From assembly GCA_951406725.2 (NCBI GenBank), contig OX597822.1:110546001-110610000 (forward strand): DNA of 64,000 nucleotides. Reading direction: 5' to 3'. Origin of the DNA: Octopus vulgaris (taxonomy: Eukaryota). A program made the translations under genes and the position numbers. Positions 53,785 to 64,000 of this stretch are shown piece by piece. Within the stretch, counting starts at the first letter, position 1; every line of letters starts with the position of its first letter. Under the pieces are notes generated by a model. The model did not search any database and was not told where the DNA came from. It was given only the letters and a program-made list of their open reading frames with translations.

Positions 53785-53995
53785 GGTGAGCTGGCTGAAT
53801 TATTAGCAAATAAGGCAAAATGATTAGCGCCATTTCGTCTGTCTTTATGTTCTGAGTTCAAATTCCAGTGATGTTGATTTTGTCTTTCATCCTTTCGGAG
53901 TCGATAAGTACCAGTTGAATACTCAAGGGCCAGTTTAATCGACTTAGCGCTGCCCCCGAAATCGCTGGCCTTGTGCCAAAAATTGAAATCAATAT
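53785..53995 (+). mobile_element. SINE family B copy
   Basis: GGTGAGCTGGCTGAA head, TTCTGAGTTCAAATTCC, tail GGCCTTGTGCCAAAAATTGAAATCAATAT. Confidence 0.8.
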
Positions 53996-54201
53996 TTGTA
54001 AAATCAAAATCGCCTTTTTTATAAATATAAATGCATTTATTTTTAAATGAACCTCAGAAACCTGGAAAAGATTGTTATAGGACAAACATTTCGATAGAAG
54101 CATAAGGTTTAATTTCATTATAATTTCGGACAAGTATATAAAACCAAATTGTGTCATATGATTTCAGAGGGCGATATAGAAAATTACTGAGCCTTCATTT
54201 C

Positions 54202-54427
54202 ATTGTTTGCCAACATAGCATAGCAGTCCTGGTTTAGGACGAACGTTGCTGTAATTTAAGCCCCAGGAAACATCGTCTCCAGCTGGCTATACGACACGAT
54301 CTGTGTCCTTATATTTTCCTACAAAGAAATCTTGCATCTCCTGGCAGCTCAAAACAATATCTGTGTATCACGATTTCCGGGTTATTTCCCTTTACCAGTA
54401 CAGAATAATTGTTCGGCTAGAGGCAAA
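54202..54427 (-). mobile_element. Retrozyme-like unit (family 2), HHR at 54360-54404
   Basis: Reverse complement of 56014-56238; TCTGTA-CTGGTAA-A-GGG(AAATAA)CCC-G-GAA-ATCGTGAT-A-CACAGA (core degenerate in this copy). Confidence 0.75.
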
Positions 54428-55380
54428 TTCCTTATTACAATAATGAATATCACATAAAGAGTGGACAATACAGGACAATACACACAAATAATGTTATGAT
54501 AAGTTCGAATATAACTTATGGATTAAAAATATTGATGAAAGATATATATAATATATTCTAAGTTTAGGTTTTTGTGGGCATTATACTCGGTTGCCTCGAA
54601 GGCCCAGCGGCTATTCCTTTCCTTTTTCAAACGAGGATTAAGTAGGGTTATTTGCACCCACCTTTCTTGTCACAGCCTTCCATTTTACTCGAGCTCACTT
54701 TGTGACAGAATTCTCCTCTCCAGCCCTACCGTGCTCTTCAGATGGTGTCTGAACTATAGAAGCAGACCAGGCCCAGAGATGAAGGTTCCCGCCACGAGTC
54801 CTTGCATTCTAGTCTTCCACACGCATTATTTCAATACTGCAACTGTACAGAGGAAACATGCCTCAACTTCCGTTGAGAGTCCAATTGGCGATACAAACAT
54901 TATTATCGATTCAGCTGATAGCTGTTCTCTTCCTAGGTGTGACAATACGTGCTCAACGTAAATTATCAGGCCTGACAGCTTCCAACATTGTACAAGAGCG
55001 TGCTGTACGGTTTCCTCGTCCAGCCTACATCCTGGACATGTCGATGGCACTGACATTCCGTGCTTGGATGACATCTCGCGAACAGGTAAAGCGTTCCTAT
55101 AACACTGCTAGGTCAGGGATGTTTGGTAATTATCCAAATACCCTGGGCTGAAAATTTTTGAAAAAGGTTGGCAAGTTGGTTCTCGTCGAAACCCAGGACG
55201 TCATCGTTTTTACTCTCTGCCAGCCCTTTGTACAAAACCGAGATAGTATTCCCACTGCCGGCCTTGCCCGTCTTGTGGATAAGCACGAGTGCCTGTCGAC
55301 ACTCGTTTTGCCACTCAGTCAGATTACGTCTTTTAATGAAACCGGGTTTGAATCTCTCCAAGGAGGCTGGTCGCGGTAAG
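54428..55380 (-). mobile_element. Tx1/L1-clade LINE 3' fragment (ORF2 C-terminus + 3' UTR)
   Basis: CYRNALPVREMSSKHG...TCPGCRLDEETVQHALVQC (CCHC zinc knuckle)...CVWKTR, typical of Tx1/L1 ORF2 ends. Confidence 0.82.
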
Positions 55381-55689
55381 AATTCTTTCGCCTTATTGAA
55401 AGGTGTTAGAAAGGATATGGTAGATAAGCTTGTGCAATGGAAAGATGTAAAAGTGATAGACATGAAGGGAACGAAAACAGAAAAAATGGTTTTAGGCGCA
55501 TTGCTGCCAAGACACAGGATTAAAATAATAAGAAACGGTAAAGAAAGCGCAGAATACAGACAAATAGTATCGATATAAATGAAGTTCCGGACGGTATAGA
55601 TTATTATAAATTACTGGGCCTAATCAGCATTAACTTTAATTGGATATGAAAGGACGATAATGATGCTGCTGAGATGAGGTAAGTGGCAC

Positions 55690-55810
55690 ATCCTTCATAT
55701 ATCATTATCATGTATCATTCATATTTTTATAATTTTATTTTAATTGTTATATGTCCCCATATGTCTTGTGCTGTCCCCTCTATGTATGATATTTTTATCG
55801 TAATAAATAA
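55690..55810 (+). mobile_element. Second Tx1-like 3' UTR fragment
   Basis: TGTCTTGTGCTGTCCCCTCTATGTATGATATTTTTATCGTAATAAATAA aligns with the reverse complement of 54428-54477; left boundary uncertain. Confidence 0.6.
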
Positions 55811-55833
55811 TTTACCTCTAGCCGAACAATTAT

Positions 55834-55878
55834 TCTGTGTTGATGAAGGGAAATAACCCGGAAATCGTGATACACAGA
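55834..55878 (+). ncRNA. Type I hammerhead ribozyme (UUGAUGA core)
   Basis: TCTGTG-TTGATGA-A-GGG(AAATAA)CCC-G-GAA-ATC(GT)GAT-A-CACAGA; perfect 6-bp stem I. Confidence 0.75.
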
Positions 55879-56036
55879 TATTGTTTTAAGCTGAGTAGGG
55901 ATGCTAGATTCCCTTGTTCCAAAATATAAGGACACAGATCATGTCGTATAGCCAGCTGGAGACGATGTTTCCTGGGGCTAAATTATGTTTTACCTCTAAT
56001 AAATAATAAATAATTTACCTCTGGCCGAACAACTAT

Positions 56037-56081
56037 TCTGTACTGGTGAAGGGAAATAACCCAGAAATCGTGATACACAGA
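56037..56081 (+). ncRNA. Type I hammerhead ribozyme motif (CUGGUGA core)
   Basis: TCTGTA-CTGGTGA-A-GGG(AAATAA)CCC-A-GAA-ATCGTGAT-A-CACAGA. Confidence 0.68.
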
Positions 56082-57347
56082 TATTCTTTTAAGCTGAGTG
56101 GGGATCCCAGATTCCCTTATAGGAGAATATAAGGACACAGATCGTGTCTTATAGCTAGCTGGAGACGATGTCTTCTGGGGCTAAATTACATCAACATTCG
56201 TCCTAAACCAGGACTGCCATGCTATGTTGGCAAACAATCTTTACTCCAAAGTACTGTTGCTGAATATCTCTCGAGAGATTTTAAAATAGTAATTTTCTAA
56301 CTTCATTTCATTATTCCGAATAATTTTTTTCCCAAAATCTGACTATTCACTGTTAGTACGTAATTTTCCTACTTTCGCATTTGAAATCTATTGAAATGGT
56401 CTCTAATTTCGAACTTTACATGAAATACTAATGGTATACTAGTGGTGTACTGTACAGCGATCGACTGCATTCCTTTTCTGATTATACCTAGTCCGATATC
56501 ATACCTAGTTCGTAGCCATTATTTCATCCGCCTTCAGTCAGTAACATAAAGGCTGCAGTTCTGAAGCTGATTAAATCGGCACAGAATCTAATGTGTGTAG
56601 CCGGGGGTACAAAATTTAGAAGCAATTGTTATATCGTTTCAGGAACTTGTATCCAACATGTAACATCATTAAATATTAATGTGCTGAAAACTGTCTGTAA
56701 CAATTAGATAATTTTAATTAGATTTTTCCTAATACAAAGTCGCCATTATTGAAAGTGTATTATGCTAGGCTGAACAACAATATATCAAACGTTGGTGAAA
56801 CACATGTACGATACGTGTACATTGTACTAAACAATAAGTGTCAAAATGTTTATCATCATCAATAAGTCTTACAGAATATTTTTAGTTTTGTACGAGCGAA
56901 GGAGATGAAGTAATAACATAACATTTTCTACAGAACAAGTTATTAACAGTTAATAAGCTTTAGTACAATGTAAATGGTTAGATGGCTCCTGAAGTAGAAC
57001 ATTTCTCTCATAATATTTGGATCCGTGTCGACCTGTGTTCAAACCCTGCTTACTCTACTATTAGCAAAATAGCGACTGATTATATTACAAAGCACGCTTG
57101 GAAGTTTCACCTTTACACAGTCCTTCGCAATCCTTTAGCCAGCATCCATTCCCTTTTATGGGCTAAAATGTGTGTGTAATTATTGCTCTTTATCTACTCG
57201 TTGCTTGTATTCCCCATTAAACCCCTTATCTGTTAGGGCTCATGAATCATACCGGGTATATTTTTAACTCCTGAACTCTGGAAGCCAGAAAAAAAAATGG
57301 TGTGTATTACTTTTCAGAATAAGTAAAAAAAAATCAAAAAGTACATA

Positions 57348-57540
57348 GACGCAGGAGTCACTGTGTGATAAGTAGCTTACTAACCAACCACACGGTTCCG
57401 GGTTCAGTTCCACTGTGTGGCACCTTGGTCCGACAAAACCCTCGTGAGTGGATTTGGTAGACGGACACTGAAAGAAGCCCGTCATATATAAATATTATCC
57501 CTTAGTGAGTTGATTCCACAACCCCTAACTTACTTGTTGT

Positions 57541-57571
<31 letters not shown>

Positions 57572-57812
57572 ATGTGTGTGTGCGTGTATGTGTGTGTGTG
57601 TGCGTCTGTGTTTGTGTGTCTGTGTTTGTCCCCACACCAACGCTTGGCAACCGATGCTGGTGTGTTTACTTAGCGGTTCGGTAAAACCGACCGATAGAAC
57701 AAGTACTAAGCTTACAAAGAATAAGTCCTGGGGTCGATTTGTTCAACTCAAGGCGGTGCTCCAGCATAGTCGCAGTCAAATGACTGAAACAAGTAAAAGA
57801 ATAAAAGAATAA
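57348..57812 (+). mobile_element. SINE family A copy
   Basis: Head, microsatellite and tail with (AATAAAAG)n end. Confidence 0.9.
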
Positions 57813-57949
57813 AAGGATCCTTAATGTTATTACATTCCGTGTTTCGGCAGCAAGATAGTAGAGAACAGAATAAGAATTTCTTATACAAGTTTATTCCTAG
57901 GCTCACATATCGTTAGATTTAAAATTGTCTGTTGATCTTCCTGACTTAA

Positions 57950-58500
57950 TACAGTAAATTGCAGAAGTATATAAAGAGAGAAATACATGCGCATATCTTC
58001 AGAATTATACATGGTAACTAATAAATAGGTTTTGATTTTGTGGGTGCATTAGCGTAAAAAGATACGTAATTGAAAGATATATCTAAATTGATTTTATGTT
58101 TCAGATTTTTAATATTACAATAACAAACTTTTGTGACTGTTTCAGTATAACTGCTTATGGCATTGGTGTTGTAACGCGATGAATTTCGTTGATATAAAAT
58201 ACGTTTGATAGCAGTATAAATTTTGATGATTAAACGCGCCACTTTTCTTTGCAGTTTGCTTATATTAATTTCTTAATAAAACCAAAGTAGAAATGCCTGG
58301 AATGCCTGCTACTGGCAGAGTATTCCCTCTGATAGCTTATCAAAATCACGCATCTTAGAATTTGTAAGCTCTTAAGAAAGTGCAACACGGAACTTCCGGA
58401 ATAACAGATAACATAAGTGTTTGGCAAGATAACTATGTTCATCTTATAACCAGTGTTTTTGTTATTCTTGTAAGACGACACTTGATCGGTACAGCAACTT
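57950..58500 (-). mobile_element. Possible very old Penelope RT remnant
   Basis: ISFNYVSFYANAP (cf. ISFDVVSLYTNVP), SRHSRHFYFGFIK and KVARLI occur in the expected order. Confidence 0.35.
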
Positions 58501-59591
58501 TGTAGCTGGGTGATAAATCTAGCGTCAGTTATCATGATAGTTATAATTATCCAGGCGCTAAACGGAGTATTCAACATACCAAACTACGTTAGGATATATA
58601 TATATATTTTTATTTTGTTTATGATGGATCCAGTTACCGCTCGCTGATTATTTCTATATAATGTACACCAATTATAAAAATAAGGTCAAAGCTACCTGGT
58701 ACATGATGATAAAATATTACCTGATGTAATCCTAAAAAAAAAACAATAATAATAATAACTCGGCATTGATAAATGCTTATACATCAATTAATGAAACAAT
58801 GGAAACCCCCAGGCGATACAGCTTACAACAGATGAGATGTATATTTTTATAGCTTTTATATTATTGGTTTACAGTAGAATTCTAGTTTTCGTCCCATAAA
58901 ATTTTCTTTCGTTGCTGATGGTTAAACCAAGTGCAGCCTATCCCACCCCCAGTCTGGCCATAGCCGATTCCTTCCAGTGAAAAAGAACTGTTTTTGGTGA
59001 CCTCCTAAAAGAACAAAAACAAAAAAAATACAAAACAAAAAGATGACTTCGCTCGAATTTGAACTCATAGAGCTGTAACTGCCGGAATACATTCTTTCGA
59101 TATTCTATTAGTTCCCCACCTATGTTTATGAAGAAGTAGGCCGCTGAATAAATGCTAAGTACTGTGTAATGTGAACAGAGACTAGATGAGACGACTCACT
59201 GTCAACGTAACACTGGATCTACGATGACCAACATAAGATAGGTTTCAGTTTTTAGGGTGTTCTGTAAGCGAAACACAAGAGGAGAGTAACTGCGTTTTAG
59301 CATCTAATATCATCCAGCTTGCCTTTCATCTCTCCATATAAAATAATACGCGGCTTGCATCAGATCAATTTTTCATGGCTTGAATCGCTACTAAATTTCT
59401 TCCCTTACAAATCGATGACCTTATATAGTATATTCATTTCAATAACTAAATCTAGTCATAGATAACAACAAAAAATCCACGCAAATTATAGTGACAAAAA
59501 TACACTGACAGCACAAAGCAGATTTTGTTCTTCCTCTGATCGAGCAGCAATTATCGAAGGTTTTCCGTCAGTTGTCTTCTATCTGTTGTCG

Positions 59592-59982
59592 GTGGAGGCG
59601 CAATGGCCCAGTGGTTCGGGCAGCGGACTCGCGGTCGTAGGATCGTGGTTTCGATTCCCAGACCGGGCGTTGTGAGTGTTTATTGAGCGAAAACACCTAA
59701 AGCTCCACGAGGCTCCGGCAGGGATGGTGGTGATCCCTGCTGTACTCTTTCACCACAACTTTCTCTCACTCTTACTTCCTGTTTCTGTTGTACCTGTATT
59801 TCAAAAGGGCCGGCCTTGTCACTCTCTGTGTCACGCTGAATATCCCCGAGAACTACGTTAAGGGTACACGTGTCTGTGCAGTGCTCAGCCACTTACACGT
59901 TAATTTTACGAGCAGGCTGTTCCGTTGATCGGATCAACCGGAACCCTCGTCGTCGTAACCGACGGAGTGCTTCCATCCATCC
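59592..59982 (+). mobile_element. SINE family C, full-length with 11-bp TSD and (CCAT)n tail
   Basis: TSD ATCTGTTGTCG at 59581-59591 and 59983-59993. Confidence 0.95.
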
Positions 59983-60169
59983 ATCTGTTGTCGATCTATA
60001 ATTAATCTTCTTCTTTAAGGCAACGACGTCAAGAGGGAGAACTGAATGAACATGTAAATCATTTCTTGGTAAAGATATATTACTGCCTGTCTTTACTAGC
60101 ATAATCACCGACGCCTTGAACTCCTTTTGGTGTTTACTGAGACAAGATAAGTCTATTTATCTCTCACTC

Positions 60170-60720
60170 TTTCTCATCTTACACAAATCAAACGATCAAT
60201 TTCCTACTCTCAGTTCCGTCTCCGTCGGTTCTCTATTGACGACCATGCCATCGAAACAGTCTCAACTCATAGCTCTCCCCCTTCACCTAAGGGTGGTACC
60301 TTACTATCATCTAAGCTGCCCTCACCCGCACTTGGCCAGTTGATCAAACTCTCTCACCGCATCCATCCCTCACTTACCCGCCCCCTTTCCACTTACCTAC
60401 CGTTCCTACATCCTACTCCTCCAATGCACAATTTTACGCTCTCTCAGCGAACTCTTATCCGAATCCATCACCTTCCGCGTCTTCACCAACTTGCTTCTCC
60501 ATTCCTTCTACGCCCTCTTCCCCGCAAATACTCCCGGAACTCAATCCAGCCACTTCCATTGCTGTCGACCACGCTGTACCTGTATTTTCCTCTCTAACAC
60601 CATCGTCTTCACTCCTTTAATTGCTCTTCCAGGAATCTGATTTACACCAACCACTGCTTTATTTGCCAGTCACATGTACAAATAGATATGAATCCCCTTT
60701 TTCACATGTATCACCGTCTG
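60170..60720 (+). mobile_element. Decayed Penelope-like fragment related to 24050-24700
   Basis: C-rich and collinear with the young PLE (CTCCGTCGG..GACGACCATG, CACTTACC, CCACGCTGTACCTGT, CTCTAACACCA, AATCTGATTTAC). Confidence 0.7.
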
Positions 60721-61005
60721 CGTGATATTTCTTAACGTCGACAGCGTAGTTACATTAAAGGAAGACAAAGAAATACATACACACTATCAAGAAATCCATG
60801 TATGAACACTCATGTACGTGTTTCTGTTTATATTTTTGTATGTATTCATGAATTTATGGAAATGTATATCAAGCATATTAAACGGGGTGTCCTAAACATG
60901 ATAAAATAATCACTCGCAATATTGCGCTTCACCTATCGCGCCCCCAGTACATCGCGGATGTTTCTGGCTGATATACGTAAATTTATATCTCGCATACTTC
61001 AGTAT

Positions 61006-61268
61006 GTGGAGGCGCGTGACTTTGTGGTTAGGGTGTCATCATCATGATCGTAAAATTGTGGTTTCGATTCCTGGAACGAGCGATGTGTTGTGTTCTTGAG
61101 CAAAACACTTCATTTCATGTTGCTCCAGTCCACTCAGCTGGCAAAAATGAGTAATGCTGCGATGGACTGGCGTCCCGTCCATCTGGGGAACACATACGCC
61201 ATAGAAACCGGGAAAACTGGGCCCATGAGCCTGTCTAGGCTTTAAAAGGGCGCATTTAATTTTTATTT
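61006..61268 (+). mobile_element. tRNA-derived SINE family D with 12-bp TSD
   Basis: TSD ATACTTCAGTAT at 60994-61005 and 61269-61280; A/B boxes; GCGATGGACTGGCGTCCCGTCCA domain. Confidence 0.92.
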
Positions 61269-61553
61269 ATACTTCAGTATAGCACGGGTTTCTGTGGGCA
61301 ATAGGTACTTATGTTTTTTTTTAGATTTCTTTAATTATTTATGTGGTAAAATAAGCATTTTCACGCATAAATATTAATAAATTAATAAATAAAAATACAG
61401 TACTGCGCAGTATAACATATTAATTAAAATATATTAAAAGAAAATACGTAGTGTACCGTAGATGAGTAAACAAATAATCACACATACTCTATGGGAAACG
61501 AAACTCGGAAGGCGAGTGTGTGGTGTTGCTTTACATTTATGATAAAATAGATA

Positions 61554-61694
61554 TTAGGTTGTCCCAAAAGTTCGTAAACCTTTGCGAAAATTGAATTTTT
61601 ACTCGCCAAGTACTAACAAAAACAACAAAAATTATTCCTCAAAATAAAGACCATTATTTTCCAAGACTTTCTACGAACTTTTGGGACAACCTTA
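61554..61694. mobile_element. 141-bp mariner-type MITE
   Basis: TIRs TTAGGTTGTCCCAAAAGTTCGTA / TACGAACTTTTGGGACAACCTTA, TA on both flanks. Confidence 0.9.
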
Positions 61695-62904
61695 TATATA
61701 CAGCTTATAAAAATGATAAGAAAATATATACAGTACTGTTTCTAACTCGTGGATTTTCGCCTATCGCAGATGAGTTTGGAACGTTACACCCACGATAGTC
61801 GAGGGATTACTATAATCCTTACGAAGTATAAATTAATCTGTCGATACGGTACATAAGGCGCTAGGAATGAAAGCGTATGAGTAAAAGTATGAACAAGCAT
61901 AAAATGCGGAGACTCACAGCTTAAATAAATGTAATGGACATTAAAGGCGTCTACGAATTTTTTAAGCTGAAAAAAAAAAAAGGTTCAATAACAATCTCGT
62001 CTCTTATAACTATGAGTGTCTCGTTAGGTAATTGTATTTAATGTGTCATAGCCTACTTCTACCTAGATTCAATAATGTGTAATATTTTGTATAAGAAACG
62101 GAAATATGCACAAATTCACCACAGGAAGCCACTGATTAAATGAAAACACCAATAAATGTTATGAGGTGTGTTAATGCAATTGGAATTCTTGACAACACTA
62201 TATGTACTCATAGGTGTTGCATTGGCTAATTAGGCAGGTATGTTAAAATACCCACTTTACATTGGTGCAGAAATGGATGGTATATGATTACAGTATGCAA
62301 ACATATGTATCCCTTGTGATCTGGATACTTAAACCAGACAGGTTTATGATTGAAAACACTACTAGTTTTTTTTTCCTTTCTTTTGAAGTATTTATGTAAA
62401 AAAAAAAAAAAGATTCCGCAGAAATTGAATATCCCTGTAATGTTATTTAAAGTATTTTTAATGAAAAACAGCCGCTTAACTCACTAATTTTGAATTTCCT
62501 ATGTTGATGTAATGAGAGATTTCCCTTGGACCAAGAAGGGAGTCGGGAACATTGAAACTAAACTCTTTTTATTGCAGTACATTGAAATCTATTCTATAGA
62601 TTAGATGAAAGGAAAGATAATCAGCATGAGCGAGGTTTGAACTAAGAACGGCAACATACTTCTAAGCTGGTAACCCTTGTACACTGAGAATATTCACATT
62701 AAAATATGCGTCTATGGATTTTCAGGGCATGGTTGATGCACACATGTGCTTGTGTACAAATGGAGGCACACAAACACTCAGAAATATACATTTGTGTTAA
62801 TGTGCATACCTACACTTAAGTATATACGCATACATATACATAGGTGTATTTATACAACGACGTGCATGTATTTATGCAAATATGCATACACACATTGTTT
62901 GTTT

Positions 62905-63203
62905 TTGTTTCTTCTCGAGCCATGCCTGGCTCATAAGGGCCGGTTTCCCGGTTTCTTAGCGTATAGGTTCCCCACCTGAACGTGACGCCGATCCATCGCA
63001 GGTGAGCTGCAAGATGCAGGAGGAAAGAGTGTGAGAAAGTTGTGGCGAAAGAGTCAGCAGAAGTTTCGCTATTACCTACTCCCGGAGCCGCGTGGAGCTT
63101 AGGTGCTTCGCTCATAAACACACACATCGTCCGGTCTGAGATTCAAACCCGCGATCCCTCGACCGCGATCCGCTGTTCTAACCACTATGCCATGTGCCTC
63201 CAC
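62905..63203 (-). mobile_element. Chimeric SINE: family C head/body with family D tail
   Basis: Reverse complement has GTGGAGGCACATGG head and AAGCTCCACGCGGCTCCGG body (C), then GCGATGGATCGGCGTCACGTTCAGGTGGGGAAC...GAAACCGGGAAACCGGCCC (D). Confidence 0.85.
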
Positions 63204-64000
63204 CCTACATACATTTGCAGATAGAGATGTCAATCGGAAATAAAACACTAGCAAATGCATATACATATATGCAGACATAGACAGTAAATTTGAACATGAC
63301 GTTCTGGAAACTTTAAAAGATGAAGAATAGGAAGGAAAGATGGGAAAATTCATTCTCATCTTTCAAAGCAGATACGCATTTCACCTGGGTAGATACAATC
63401 ATCACTGAAAAAAAATCAATATATTTGATAATGGAAAGTTGAAAAGCTTTCTGCGAATGATACAATCGTCAGTCGAGAACGACAATTTACGTAGACTCTG
63501 TTTATTTCAAAGAAAGAGAAATTTATGAGAGAATTATGATAAGAAGAGAACAACTAAGACCATAAAATGAAATGAAAAATTATTTTTTTAAGAAAATAAG
63601 AATTCGCTTCATTAAGATTTTTTTTAAATGTCTTTCTAGTTTAATCACAAATTAAATTTTCAACGAAAAGAAGCTATACATAATTGTTAATAATTCGGAA
63701 TGTAAAACTGGGAAAGGATTTTTACATGCTCGCATATGCCGTACTGATGATGCGATTAACGGTTAGAAAGACGTTGTAGATTGGAGCCAGTTATACGAAT
63801 TGCTTGATCAGGTTTAGTATAAATATTCTGTAAGACAAATTTGGTCCAGAAATGTTGCGACATTGATTCTATGTCTATTGATATTTCACAACCGAGAAAT
63901 ACGACAAGGACCAAAATGTATTTTAGGATATATTTCATAATTTAATAAAAGAAATATTCTCTTGAAAAGACCAAATCTATTTTTTTTTAATTCTGCAAAA

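Larger units (their letters stand above)
55811..56238 (+). mobile_element. Two tandem retrozyme-like units (55811-55997, 56014-56238), each with a hammerhead
   Basis: Direct repeat starting TTTACCTCT(A/G)GCCGAACAA; the first unit lacks the two terminal hairpins. Confidence 0.78.
60903..61811. mobile_element. Tigger/pogo-like non-autonomous element hosting a SINE and a mariner MITE
   Basis: Imperfect TIRs AATAATCACTCGCAATATTGCG / CGATAGTCGAGGGATTACTA with TA flanks. Confidence 0.55.

Noticed and set aside
55168-55578. 136-aa plus-strand ORF as a possible host exon
   Set aside because: The first half is antisense to the Tx1 fragment; the remainder has no recognisable motif or clear splice sites, so it is left unassigned.
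59592-59667. tRNA-like sequence as a tRNA gene (also 351-426, 15797-15872, 52275-52340)
   Set aside because: It continues into a SINE body with TSDs and lacks a proper acceptor stem; it is a tRNA-derived SINE head.

Overview
AT-rich, repeat-saturated eukaryotic non-coding DNA. It is most likely a coleoid cephalopod (Octopus-like), which is an inference from the tRNA-derived SINE families, the microsatellite load and the LINE/Penelope mix. I found no supportable host protein-coding exon. The real coding remnants are all transposon-derived: Penelope-like elements (RT + GIY-YIG), CR1-group, RTE, R4/Dong-like and Tx1/L1-like LINE fragments, and a decayed mariner transposase. There are also Tc2-, Tigger- and mariner-type MITEs, a non-autonomous Helitron and about 20 SINE copies. 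The main hidden signal is about 15 readable minimal type I hammerhead ribozyme (HHR) motifs on both strands. Several have non-canonical cores, including compensatory U3-A8 and G3-C8 swaps and a CUGUNGA family. Two belong to short, highly structured retrozyme-like units (9044-9524 and 54202-56238) that share a covarying four-hairpin domain. In the second locus, two Tx1-like LINE 3' ends and a third tail-only insert (with a 9-bp duplication) abut the same nucleotide of the unit, suggesting a LINE that targets a hammerhead retrozyme. All structures and identities were read by eye and need computational and biochemical confirmation.
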